50,219 nucleotides of DNA from a virus (taxonomy: Duplodnaviria > Caudoviricetes). Below are positions 29,701 through 38,315 of this stretch, in pieces. The stretch is taken from positions 1 through 50,219 of IMG/VR virus record IMGVR_UViG_3300033148_005162; one strand, given 5' to 3'. Each line of letters starts with the position of its first letter. The first letter of the stretch is position 1. Made by a program: the position numbers and the translations under genes. The notes under the pieces were generated by a model. The model saw nothing but the letters and a program-made list of their open reading frames with translations. It was not told where the DNA came from and made no database searches.

Positions 29701-29877
29701 GACAAACTTATCAAGCGATTTTTCTGGAAACGTACCGGTTCCACGTTGAAATGAATCACTAATTAATTTCCAGACGGTCGGACTAGCTTTTGTTAAAAGT
29801 CCAGAATTACTCGTACTCGGTAAGTCATTAATTAACTTACTTGTAATCGCATTAGTTATTCTTTGTATTAATCCCAT
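26746..29877 (-). CDS. portal - MuF (gp7-like) - ADP-ribosyltransferase fusion protein
   Basis: HK97 portal motifs (YGLSPI, YFKNNAIP, ILAAFNVPP); MuF (RIARTS, DGRTRQTH, LEYPGDP..NCRC); ART (VYRG, HWSS, EEEV). Confidence 0.88.
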   Translation of the reverse strand: MGLIQRITNAITSKLINDLPSTSNSGLLTKASPTVWKLISDSFQRGTGTFPEKSLDKFVDAYGLEVWAYACVTAITSHISQLPPRFYRVRKSGKRDYVTGGAAKDLFEYINENMTFSELVEQTFTYLETTGWSHWEIAKNGINGKVEAIYPLESWRMTPIVEKTGIEGWNYYVNGKWQTFDKSQIFHLQYFNPASETYGLSPIQVIYNPIMRSLYQEKWNINYFKNNAIPPIVLVYPEDDEADEDDIAEVRAKWKENYGGTDNAHEPAVLTGGVDIKLLQQSMKDMDFQSGEKSVQSRILAAFNVPPIYVGIVDSTKYQTSIEQQRIFWTQAITPKRNKFQDKLNSKFMPSVEPGVYIELDMTNVLALQEDLDKKINRYKDGIRYGAITPEEMRIDIFGKEPSGDDRLKKFYMDQSIIPIELVEARAEQKTETDRTEPDDTSEQEEPENDTTEDQTPPAEGNNNNKNNGNKSIDYCIKNLLDSLDGIIYNPAESENNGWKYGGIKHREYMKRFERIAQKTENDLRRFWKQQTDRLIEDAVDQWDKENFDTENFDFNSDLKADIQKKAIEIYEKVYERNFEFAGELIEEELGDLINKKKKQKTLQSTQSAKIYNLQSKTKADDPGFQFEDLFENLEEEKLYKDTVGWRQLSENSRVLAGTDTTKLSESARNKIKQVVHFGIMDGASSARIAKDIITEGVNIKAIDAVRIARTSSTAAYNGASKARYSAINETAGITIVEGERWSAELTDGRTRQTHLEAHNQIVQHNQLFAVGADRLEYPGDPSGSPEETYNCRCAVAPVIDPDEVKEALDLQGKQTGIESQKVTVPRYERNHINKVLDIDKASDVLIEDARKKGIELTKDEAKKQVLAAKYFTKTKPSEMILRHELNVRVPLSVEDLELDSEIHPSWSSISKSLNDFIENSPKFESNTPVYRGISVGVDEENIDFVNKLRSVEIGSEISLETTTHWSSNARRAQAFALESEDDVILRIKNAPERSASIKHVSSFYDEEEVVFGKGIKLKVVSKRKRTLSTLKRLVIDVEEVIE

Positions 29878-29893
29878 TTACTTTCTCAGCATT

Positions 29894-30265
29894 TTAGGAT
29901 ATTTCTGATTTTACTATATTTATTCTAATTTGTTCCTCAAGCCTATATTTTCTTCTAATTCTTGCATACATTATTCTAAAAAAATAGTGTAATGGAATTT
30001 TGTCGGTTCCTGCAGATATTTTTCTATTATTAGGTGTTATTATATACCATACAGGTTTACTTTGTTTACCATTTGGATAATACCCTATATCATAACCAAG
30101 TTTACAATCAAATCGTTGCAAACCTATAATCGCTCTCTCGGTTTTTTTTCCTATTTTAAATATATTGTCTACGTATTCCGGTCCTGGTGTGATAACTGAC
30201 TCTTTATTTTGCAAGCTTTTACATATCGGTGTGTACGATTTCGGTTTTTTTAATTTTTCCAACAT
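29894..30265 (-). CDS. hypothetical protein between TerL and portal
   Basis: 123 aa, AGGGGAG SD, overlaps TerL 3' end. Confidence 0.55.
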   Translation of the reverse strand: MLEKLKKPKSYTPICKSLQNKESVITPGPEYVDNIFKIGKKTERAIIGLQRFDCKLGYDIGYYPNGKQSKPVWYIITPNNRKISAGTDKIPLHYFFRIMYARIRRKYRLEEQIRINIVKSEIS

Positions 30266-31991
30266 AAATTTTCGCTCTCCCCTTTTTACGAAACTTTTTC
30301 ATGTGGGTATGTATTCCGTATCGCATCGCATCCATTGTATGATCATCGTATTTGGCAGGTTCTTCAAGTACGTTTCCGTCTTTATCCTCCCTACGTTTAT
30401 ATTTTTCAATTTCTGAAATCAATATAGTACTTTTTTTGTCAATATACAAATTTTTTTCCTTAACTGATAAAATTCCGTCCTCAACCGACTTATCAGCCGG
30501 CTCGATTTTAAATCCAGCCATTCGTATCTCCTCTATACGGTCAGGTTCCGCCGAGTCTGCATAAATTATTACCTTCTTCCGTTTGCTTTCCGGAATTTCA
30601 ATCTTTAATCGCGCTATAATCTGCGAATTGGTTAAGTGACGCTCCACAAATACCTCCGTCAAAAAAGCAGCATTAAACCGACGGCGCAGTTTCGATTTCT
30701 TTAAAGATTTTTTATCCTGTGATTTGTCTCTATCAGATTCAGAACTACCATTATTACCAAGCCCTGACCTGTATTCAGATTCAGCACCTATCCCGGTTTT
30801 TGTACAATCCCAAGATTTCTCAAATAGCTTTAAGTCAGAACGTGCTAAATCATTGTAAGTTTTCTCTGTCAAACCGTTGTCCGGTATATCGCCCTCTTTC
30901 ATATCGCTACTTTTTAAACCGCCAGGTATATTACCTTTACCTATTCCGCTACTTTTTACACCGCTGGGAAAATTTCGACTCTGATATACGTCATCGTCCA
31001 AAAAAACCGGGGCGCTATACGGAGGGTATTTGTGTTTTATCGCCTCCCGTTCAGGCGTTTCAGAACCTACCCCCTGCTTATCGGTTACTTCTTGTTCAGT
31101 TGGCTGCGCTGTTTGCTGTATTGTTGACTGTTTAGTTGTTTGCTCAACTTCTTGTATTGGCTCCACATCCTTGAATCCTATATGTATAAGTGCTGTTGGA
31201 TTCTCGTATCCAAAGTCAAGTCCGTAACATTCAGTTGGATATGTTTCGGTTAGATAATTAAAGTCTATCGTTATCCAATTGTTATATATTGTGTGTTCAA
31301 GCGTTCCCCAAATGCCAAGAGCATGTATCTTATATAGAGTCATATCGATATCTTTTAGTCCTTCTAGTTCTGCGATGTACTCTCTGTCAATCCATAGGTT
31401 ATCCCGGTAGCTTGAGTGATGTCGGGTGATCTTTCTATGCCCTCCGCTTTGTTCCGCGTTCGTATCGAAGAACCGTTCCTTAATCCAGTGCTTCTTACTT
31501 ACCGGATTGAATGTTAACATTATTTGTTTATATGCTTTTCGGCGTCCTCGCAGCGTCATATTTATTTCGTGGAAGTCATCGTAAGAAAGTTCTGTAGCTT
31601 CCTCAATCCAGATACTAGAGACACGTGATAATGATTTTAGTTTTTCCGGATCATCAGTTCCTAAGCATAATATTTCATTTCCATTTGGTTTACATTCGAT
31701 TGACATATCGGATTTATTTATACCAAATAGTTCTTTTAGATTCCATTGATATATTATTCCCTTCAGTTCGGAGAACACTGAATTCCGTAAGGTTCTAGCG
31801 ACTTTCCGAAAGCATACGATTCTATGCTGCGGCTCGAGGATTATTCTTCGGATTATTTTCTGTGCTGCGAATGTTGATTTCCCGGAACCTCTCCCTCCCC
31901 ATAGGAAGAGGAACCGGTCATCATTCCAATACAGAGGGTAGAATATTGGATTAGTCACACTTCTTAATGCTGTAAAGTCTACTGTATGCAT
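30219..31991 (-). CDS. terL: terminase large subunit, PBSX family, with ~164-aa insertion
   Basis: GGRGSGKS Walker A, WIEEATE Walker B, TFNP, GLDFGY, ADSAEP, DDHTMDAMRYG. Confidence 0.95.
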   Translation of the reverse strand: MHTVDFTALRSVTNPIFYPLYWNDDRFLFLWGGRGSGKSTFAAQKIIRRIILEPQHRIVCFRKVARTLRNSVFSELKGIIYQWNLKELFGINKSDMSIECKPNGNEILCLGTDDPEKLKSLSRVSSIWIEEATELSYDDFHEINMTLRGRRKAYKQIMLTFNPVSKKHWIKERFFDTNAEQSGGHRKITRHHSSYRDNLWIDREYIAELEGLKDIDMTLYKIHALGIWGTLEHTIYNNWITIDFNYLTETYPTECYGLDFGYENPTALIHIGFKDVEPIQEVEQTTKQSTIQQTAQPTEQEVTDKQGVGSETPEREAIKHKYPPYSAPVFLDDDVYQSRNFPSGVKSSGIGKGNIPGGLKSSDMKEGDIPDNGLTEKTYNDLARSDLKLFEKSWDCTKTGIGAESEYRSGLGNNGSSESDRDKSQDKKSLKKSKLRRRFNAAFLTEVFVERHLTNSQIIARLKIEIPESKRKKVIIYADSAEPDRIEEIRMAGFKIEPADKSVEDGILSVKEKNLYIDKKSTILISEIEKYKRREDKDGNVLEEPAKYDDHTMDAMRYGIHTHMKKFRKKGRAKIYVGKIKKTEIVHTDM

Positions 31992-33082
31992 TGCTCATCT
32001 TCTGTTTGTTTTTCTGTTTGTTTTTGTTTCTGCAGCTCTCTATATTCTTTTCGCTGCTTATCAGCTATAGCGATCTCTAGTTCGTCCGGGTAATACCATT
32101 TAAATCCTCGGGAACGTTTCATTTCCCACTTATCTCTTAGTGTAGCTATGTTTCCCGGTTTCCCTTGATGTCTCCCGACTTTTTTATGATCCCTTTTATT
32201 ATTATACATTTCCGCTATTATTTCAGCCATACCGGGCAGGGGGGGTATATCATCGGAGGGAGTGTCGTTTTTTTCCGTCTGATACGTACCCTCCATATCG
32301 GGTACCCTTTCCACTCTTTGTGTTACTACTACATCCGGAATACCAGCTCCACATTTAGCACATATAGGTTGTTCCGGATTATCGGTTACATCTTCATGCA
32401 TACAGAAATTACACTTATAATTATACATACTCTCCATAGCCTTTTGTTTCGCTTCCTGTTCCGCTTGCCTGACAGCCTCAGCACGCTTCTTAATACTCGC
32501 AGAGTTGTTAACGCTGATCAGGCCAAGGTTATATTTCTTCTGACGCTTCAATTCTTTCTGCCGGCGTTCTTCTTTCTTTACTTCCTCATCGCTTGGCGGT
32601 TCGTTTAATTTGTCCTCAGTAACTGTCTCCCGGTATTCCACATCCTCAATATCAATATCCGTTCTGCTTCTATCCGCAATTACTTTCAGCTCTTCCATCG
32701 TCGGCTCCCTTGCATCCATTATCTTTATCACTTTCTCGCCTAGCACATTAACGTCAATGGAATAAAACCCCTGCAGCTTGGCTATGTCTCTCAATATATC
32801 TAAACATGTCTTGTGATCATTAGACTTATACGCCTTATGGAATAGCCTCATCCTCATTGCTATATGCCGATTAATAAGTTTCGGACGTTCCTTTTCCGCC
32901 TGATCGGCAAACATTTTGTAACACTCCCGGATGTACAAATCTACCTGTCGCCATCCAATTTTAAAGTTTTCCTTTGCATATTCTATTATATCGGAACGTT
33001 CTCCTCCTTGCAGGAGCATTTCCATAATAATTTTGATACGGCGTGCTTTTTCTAGTTTTGTTGATTTGTTACGTTTAGGCAT
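31979..33082 (-). CDS. probable terminase small subunit with long C-terminal extension (coiled coil, Zn ribbon)
   Basis: Directly upstream of and overlapping TerL; N-terminal HTH-like region; CNFC..CAKC. Confidence 0.7.
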   Translation of the reverse strand: MPKRNKSTKLEKARRIKIIMEMLLQGGERSDIIEYAKENFKIGWRQVDLYIRECYKMFADQAEKERPKLINRHIAMRMRLFHKAYKSNDHKTCLDILRDIAKLQGFYSIDVNVLGEKVIKIMDAREPTMEELKVIADRSRTDIDIEDVEYRETVTEDKLNEPPSDEEVKKEERRQKELKRQKKYNLGLISVNNSASIKKRAEAVRQAEQEAKQKAMESMYNYKCNFCMHEDVTDNPEQPICAKCGAGIPDVVVTQRVERVPDMEGTYQTEKNDTPSDDIPPLPGMAEIIAEMYNNKRDHKKVGRHQGKPGNIATLRDKWEMKRSRGFKWYYPDELEIAIADKQRKEYRELQKQKQTEKQTEDEQCIQ

Positions 33083-33231
33083 ATCAGATTCCTTCCATAT
33101 GTAGTAATATATTGTAATGTATCATGCAGTTACTTGTTTAATTATTAGTCATTATATTATTTGATACAGTATTATTGTCATATATTTATAGTGTATTTGT
33201 AATAGATTTGCGTTAAATACTCGGTTCAAAT

Positions 33232-34032
33232 TTATACCAATTCCAAACTTTCTTGAAGATTCCCGATTTTATTTCTCAGTATTAGGTAGTCCATATCTAT
33301 ATATTTTTTGTCAATTTGTTTATTTGTCATTAGTTGATACAGGTCTTTTTTAATATAGAATTCTTTATTTAGTTGGATTAATTTATTTATTGTTTTGGTG
33401 GCAAAATCGTTCCAGTCGATTTGATATTGTAATTTGGAATAATTTAATTTGCCAATTTGATATTCATCGATATAGTTATGGGTTACGTTGATAATTTCTA
33501 GTGATTGTTCGGGGTCTATTACCGGTTCGAGGCTTGCCCATGTACGGATGCCGGCATTATGTAATATTTTGAGTGTATCAAATCTATCAGATGGAGGTGC
33601 TGCATCAGGTTCGAATTTAATGGATTGATCATGATCTATAAAGGTCAAAGTTGCGCCGATTTTAATATTGTTAAATTGTTTAAACACATCAATATCCCGA
33701 AGACATCGTTTCCCACCTTTAGTTAATATAGCAGTTGGAATATTATGCTGATTTAATAATTCTAATATTTGGCGTGTTATACCGATTTTAACTTCTAGAT
33801 TGCAGTACGGATCGCCCAAGAAAGAAAGTAGCACTTGCTTACCAATAAAATGTTTTTGTAATTCAAGCGATAATTTATTAATCAAATCCGGACGCTGTTT
33901 TGGAACAGTATTATTTTGCCGTAATTGTCTTATATAGCAATATTTACATCCATGATCACAGCCGAGATACACATTCAAAGCTAACGGCGAATATTCTCGA
34001 GCTTTTCCTTTAGGTTCATAAATTATAGACAT
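33232..34032 (-). CDS. radical SAM protein (SplB/COG1533-like)
   Basis: GCDHGCKYCY (CxxxCxxC), DPY, ILTKG, SLEPVI. Confidence 0.9.
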   Translation of the reverse strand: MSIIYEPKGKAREYSPLALNVYLGCDHGCKYCYIRQLRQNNTVPKQRPDLINKLSLELQKHFIGKQVLLSFLGDPYCNLEVKIGITRQILELLNQHNIPTAILTKGGKRCLRDIDVFKQFNNIKIGATLTFIDHDQSIKFEPDAAPPSDRFDTLKILHNAGIRTWASLEPVIDPEQSLEIINVTHNYIDEYQIGKLNYSKLQYQIDWNDFATKTINKLIQLNKEFYIKKDLYQLMTNKQIDKKYIDMDYLILRNKIGNLQESLELV

Positions 34033-34110
34033 TTTTTTTAACTCCCCAAGTTATATCAAGTTATATATAGATTGTTGTTATAATTAGACTTATAATAATA
34101 ATATAATCAT

Positions 34111-34653
34111 TTATATCTTGAAATACAAATAGTATTTTTTACACTTGTGATAATAACTTATATATCTAACTCCATTTAGGTACAGATATCCGCAAAATTT
34201 ATCAAATCCATTTAAGGAAAATAATGTTCTGCACTTTTTAACCATTGATTTTGTATATCCTAATTTATTAAGCATTTTAACCGGCAGTGCTCCAAACATT
34301 ACTTGAGTAAACGTAACAAACACAGCTATGCCGGAAATATCTTGCTTAAATAATAATTCTAATTGATCAAATGGTACGCCATATGCATCAATATCGATAA
34401 TATCGTAATTTTTCACATTTAACGCTGGAATAAATTTTAAATTATTTCCACGCAAGCAGCCCTTAATATCTTTAATATCGATGCGAAGAACATTTATATT
34501 TATATCTGGATTTCTATATTTTATATTATTCCAGATTATCCCATGACCTGAAAACAATTCAAGCACATTTATATTCTTCTTATCAGGTAAATATCTTTCT
34601 CTGAGGGCTATTTTCTCATTTAAATAGCTATTATCAGTTTGACGACTGCTCAA
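34111..34653 (-). CDS. class I SAM-dependent methyltransferase-like protein
   Basis: VLELFSGHG motif I; DIIDIDAYGVP resembling the Trm1-like DxDP(F/Y)G motif. Confidence 0.7.
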   Translation of the reverse strand: MSSRQTDNSYLNEKIALRERYLPDKKNINVLELFSGHGIIWNNIKYRNPDININVLRIDIKDIKGCLRGNNLKFIPALNVKNYDIIDIDAYGVPFDQLELLFKQDISGIAVFVTFTQVMFGALPVKMLNKLGYTKSMVKKCRTLFSLNGFDKFCGYLYLNGVRYISYYHKCKKYYLYFKI

Positions 34654-35227
34654 TTTCCACCTCCGGTATTTTCTCTATTTCATCAATATGTTTTTGTATT
34701 TCCGGATAATCTGCAGGATTGAACGAGATTAATATATGGGTTTTGTTAAACGGTTTTAATTCTTTTTTTTCAGGCTTTCCAACATTTTCCGTATTTACAG
34801 TAAAATCAACATTATCTAATAGATCATTAAAATTCATTTCATCAACTAAATCTTCATCATTAAATCTAATTTCTTTGATTATACTTTCAATATCATCTGT
34901 AAAAAATCCAGTTATTGTATTACTATTTAATGCAACATTGAGTGCTTTTTCTTCGATTTCGGATACATCGACTATTGCAACGTCAACATGAGTTTCACCC
35001 TGTTCTGTTAATATGCCAAGACGCTGATGTCCACTGATAATATTGTGAGTTCGCTTATTAACAACTATCGGTTGAACATTGCCAAACTTAGAAATAGATT
35101 TTTTTAATCCCTTCCGAGCTTTATCTGTAATATCCCTAGGATTATACTCAGCGGGTTTAAGCTTAGATATTGGCATCTTTTTATATATTATATTATTCAT
35201 CGGAAAAACTCCTTCCATTTTTAACAT
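34634..35227 (-). CDS. ParB/Srx N-terminal domain protein
   Basis: LKPAEYNPR..SISKFGNVQPIVVN..IISGHQRL. Confidence 0.9.
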   Translation of the reverse strand: MLKMEGVFPMNNIIYKKMPISKLKPAEYNPRDITDKARKGLKKSISKFGNVQPIVVNKRTHNIISGHQRLGILTEQGETHVDVAIVDVSEIEEKALNVALNSNTITGFFTDDIESIIKEIRFNDEDLVDEMNFNDLLDNVDFTVNTENVGKPEKKELKPFNKTHILISFNPADYPEIQKHIDEIEKIPEVEIEQSSN

Positions 35228-35627
35228 TTATTAATACAATCTTTTTCGTATTCTCCCTCAGAGATGTCTAATTCGGATTGAATTATAAATCAAACTAGTC
35301 AATCTTATTATATTAGAGTTATGTTCGACTATTACTACTATCTACATACACTAGCAATAATATAATAGATAATAGAATATATAACAAAATATATTATATA
35401 ACAATATATAATTTTATATTACATTAAGATAGCCGACTATAGTTACTTTCTTTTATATCAAAATTAGAAACTGGTATGAACCTAGCGAACGATTTTATAA
35501 ATCCCATAATTCGCCTCTAATACGCCGTCTATTGAAAAAACTAAGTAGAGGGCATACTAAAAATCATACATAAAAGAAAATAAGCCAACACAGGTCAAAT
35601 AAATGAGGCAAACACATATATCCTCTC

Positions 35628-36044
35628 TCATTTGGTTGTTGAAATTTTTATTTCTACCCGTTCCGCATTCTCCGTATATCTCTTTTGTATAACGGCAGAA
35701 ACAATTTGATTGTCGTTTCGAAATAATATTTTTTCGGTTGCGTCTGTAATACATTTTGCCAGATTGTCATAATCAGATCGTCCAATACACCAATACGGCT
35801 GTTTAGTTTTATCTTTCTCTTTTTTAGATTTGGATAATTGAAAGAAAAAAATACATGTCAGGACTAGGGGGCCGTCTAACGGTATTTTAGGGCGAACTTT
35901 TAACGCTTCTAATCTTACCCGCTCTTCCCATTTTTTGGTAGATGCAGGTGTGTATGTGAGGGGGAATTTCATCCCCCTTTTCTGAACTACACGCGGACGT
36001 GCCTTGGGCACTATCTTGCCATACACTGTGAATGATATAGTCAT
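35628..36044 (-). CDS. rusA: RusA-family Holliday junction resolvase
   Basis: PKARPR, DYDNLAK..D, NDNQI motifs. Confidence 0.88.
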   Translation of the reverse strand: MTISFTVYGKIVPKARPRVVQKRGMKFPLTYTPASTKKWEERVRLEALKVRPKIPLDGPLVLTCIFFFQLSKSKKEKDKTKQPYWCIGRSDYDNLAKCITDATEKILFRNDNQIVSAVIQKRYTENAERVEIKISTTK

Positions 36045-36086
36045 TTCCGTTCCTATTTTTTTATATTCTCTATTTAGAACGATAAA

Positions 36087-36257
36087 TCATTTTTTTTCAT
36101 CTTTTTGAGAAAATGTACAATTTGATTTATCGATATTATTGTTTTCTTTCACACAATCTTTTATTGCAAATGGCGACTCACAATATAGACATTGCCAGCG
36201 AGCTTCAACCTCATCCCATCTTTCTCTTGATCCGCAAACTTTACAATAATTCATCAT
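36087..36257 (-). CDS. 56-aa zinc-ribbon protein (not in ORF track)
   Basis: MMNYCKVCGSRERWDEVEARWQCLYCES...; AGGAGG SD. Confidence 0.65.
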   Translation of the reverse strand: MMNYCKVCGSRERWDEVEARWQCLYCESPFAIKDCVKENNNIDKSNCTFSQKDEKK

Positions 36258-36399
36258 ATTGATTCCTCCTTTTTTTTGGTTAATAATACTTAATCCTTCA
36301 GGATTTTTTTACTTTTTTTCAACGCCTCATTCATTAATGATGCTATTTTCATTAAAGCTAAATTTGCCATTTTATTATCTATATCGTACAAACCTATTT

Positions 36400-36591
36400 T
36401 TATTTTTTCAACGCCTCATTCATCTTTAGCATATTGGGATTATTCATTCCGCCACGCGGTTTAATTTTAATCCCCTGTGATATTAGGTAAGCTTTTACAG
36501 TAGGTCTGTTTGTATTATATAGTTTAGCAATTTTTTCTAGACTGTGTGTATGATATAATTCAATCCATTCCGGCACGATTAATTCCTCCAA
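36400..36591 (-). CDS. small HTH protein
   Basis: SLEKIAKLYNTNRPTVKAYL..GI. Confidence 0.65.
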   Translation of the reverse strand: MEELIVPEWIELYHTHSLEKIAKLYNTNRPTVKAYLISQGIKIKPRGGMNNPNMLKMNEALKK

Positions 36592-37283
36592 CTGAAATTG
36601 TCTTTTTTATTCCATAATTTAATTTGATTTTCATTCGCTTTACGGAATTCTTCTAGTGTGATTTGATCATTCCATCCAAAACCAGAACGTTTCAAAGATT
36701 GTCTTTCCCATTCTTCTGCAATTTTATACAATATCGGATGATATACATATAATCCAAACCAATCCGATTTACGTTGATTAAAACAGCAGAAACATGACAC
36801 ATTTGTACGCCATCGATATACCGAATTTAGCATATTATGTTTTTTGCATAACGCCATGACATCTCTTTTACTCCAACCTTCCGTATATAACGGATATATA
36901 TTTTCACACCCGATAACACGTGACTTATTTAAACGTGTTTTATTTTCATCAGCTCTAATACCTATCAATACTTCCTCTATTTTATTTTCTTTAAAAAACA
37001 TATCTTGTGGTTTAATTTTCAATTCTATTGTACACCATCTTTGTCTTCCGGTGGGCAAAAAATATCCCCATTTCACTAAATGATAGAAAAACCCCTTATT
37101 ACTAACCACATGTAGTTTCTTACCAACATGCTGAGCTAATTGAGGTAAAAAATAATAAACTTCCGGTAATTCAACTCCGGTATCAGCAAAAATCATTTCA
37201 AAATTTTCTTTTCTTTCGTGTAGCAGTAAAACTAATGCTGTGCTATCAGCTCCTCCCGAAACAGCTACCATTCGTTTATTCAT
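36579..37283 (-). CDS. phosphoadenosine phosphosulfate reductase family (PP-loop) protein
   Basis: SGGADS, DTGVE, RWCTIELKIKP, GIRADE, SCFCC. Confidence 0.9.
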   Translation of the reverse strand: MNKRMVAVSGGADSTALVLLLHERKENFEMIFADTGVELPEVYYFLPQLAQHVGKKLHVVSNKGFFYHLVKWGYFLPTGRQRWCTIELKIKPQDMFFKENKIEEVLIGIRADENKTRLNKSRVIGCENIYPLYTEGWSKRDVMALCKKHNMLNSVYRWRTNVSCFCCFNQRKSDWFGLYVYHPILYKIAEEWERQSLKRSGFGWNDQITLEEFRKANENQIKLWNKKDNFSWRN

Positions 37284-37557
37284 CTATCCTCCAACATATA
37301 AAAATCATCCGGAATACAGCTATACGGAATAGACCTTCCCAAGCTAAACCGAATAATACTAGTATTCCGGAGATGATCTCTTTTATTCGTTTTCGATATT
37401 TATCACAAATATCACAATTTAGAATATCGTCATATTTTATTGATTTAATATAATTAGTATATATTAACACTATAGTTGACATTTGACAAGATGAATTATA
37501 ATTATTGTCTAAATATTCTATATACTTCATTTTTGGAGTTCCTGTTTTGACTGCCAC
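37276..37557 (-). CDS. hypothetical protein
   Basis: Fills gap in minus-strand operon; C-terminal hydrophobic segment. Confidence 0.35.
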   Translation of the reverse strand: MAVKTGTPKMKYIEYLDNNYNSSCQMSTIVLIYTNYIKSIKYDDILNCDICDKYRKRIKEIISGILVLFGLAWEGLFRIAVFRMIFICWRIDE

Positions 37558-38315
37558 GGCTTTGCAGTTATATTTAACTGCTTTTCGATATTTTGCAATA
37601 TATCTGTCTCAAAACTTTCCAAGTCCTGCATTATATTTAAAATTGTAGTTCTTGCTGTTATTATTCCGTTTAAAATTAGTTCGGCATTATATTTTTCTGT
37701 CAAATAGCTTTTCCCGGTATCGGTATTTAACAGTGATTCAATTTCATCTACTGTAATTTTGCCCTGCGATTGTGCCATACCTGCAATTTTTTGCACCTCG
37801 TATAATATGTCTATTAGTGTAGTTAAGATTGATTCTGGAGGCTCTTTAAGTAGTTCTGAAAGATTACGTGGCTTATCTTGCTCAGGGAACGAATCGTTCA
37901 AATCGGTACTTTTTATTTCTGACGATATACGATTATTCTGATTTTTTATAAGTTCAGCAGGTTCTTTTTGTTTTTTATCATCTTTATGTACTATATTCGA
38001 TTCTTCTTTTACCGGTACTTTTTTATCGTTGCCAGTTTCACATCCCTCAACGTTAGTTATTATTGGAATTGAAAAAGAAATAATAGAATGATGCCCGCAA
38101 TGTTCACATTTTATCTTTTTCTTTTCTTCCGGTTCCATGCCTGCGAATCTTGGATGCGCTTTGATTTTATTCAGACAGTATGGGCAAAACGCTTTTGCAT
38201 TTCCAACCGTAGTTAATGCTTTACTTGTTCTATTTGCTTTTTCAATAACATTGAAATGTTCGATTTCAGCTAAAGTATTATCTAGTTTGTGAGTTGTTTT
38301 TTTATTTTCTTTCAT
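37527..38315 (-). CDS. hypothetical protein with Zn ribbon (CPYC..CEHC)
   Basis: 262 aa, coupled start/stop. Confidence 0.7.
   Translation of the reverse strand: MKENKKTTHKLDNTLAEIEHFNVIEKANRTSKALTTVGNAKAFCPYCLNKIKAHPRFAGMEPEEKKKIKCEHCGHHSIISFSIPIITNVEGCETGNDKKVPVKEESNIVHKDDKKQKEPAELIKNQNNRISSEIKSTDLNDSFPEQDKPRNLSELLKEPPESILTTLIDILYEVQKIAGMAQSQGKITVDEIESLLNTDTGKSYLTEKYNAELILNGIITARTTILNIMQDLESFETDILQNIEKQLNITAKPWQSKQELQK

Noticed and set aside
30675-31166. Intein in TerL
   Set aside because: No C/S start, no His-Asn end followed by C/S/T, no LAGLIDADG/HNH; low-complexity composition
34634-35227. ParABS plasmid-prophage partition system
   Set aside because: Only the ParB N-terminal domain, with no HTH and no ParA; context is methyltransferase/terminase
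35557-35754. ORF 35557..35754 and ORF 26317..26505
   Set aside because: Alternate-frame overlaps of RusA and the protease, without SD or motif support
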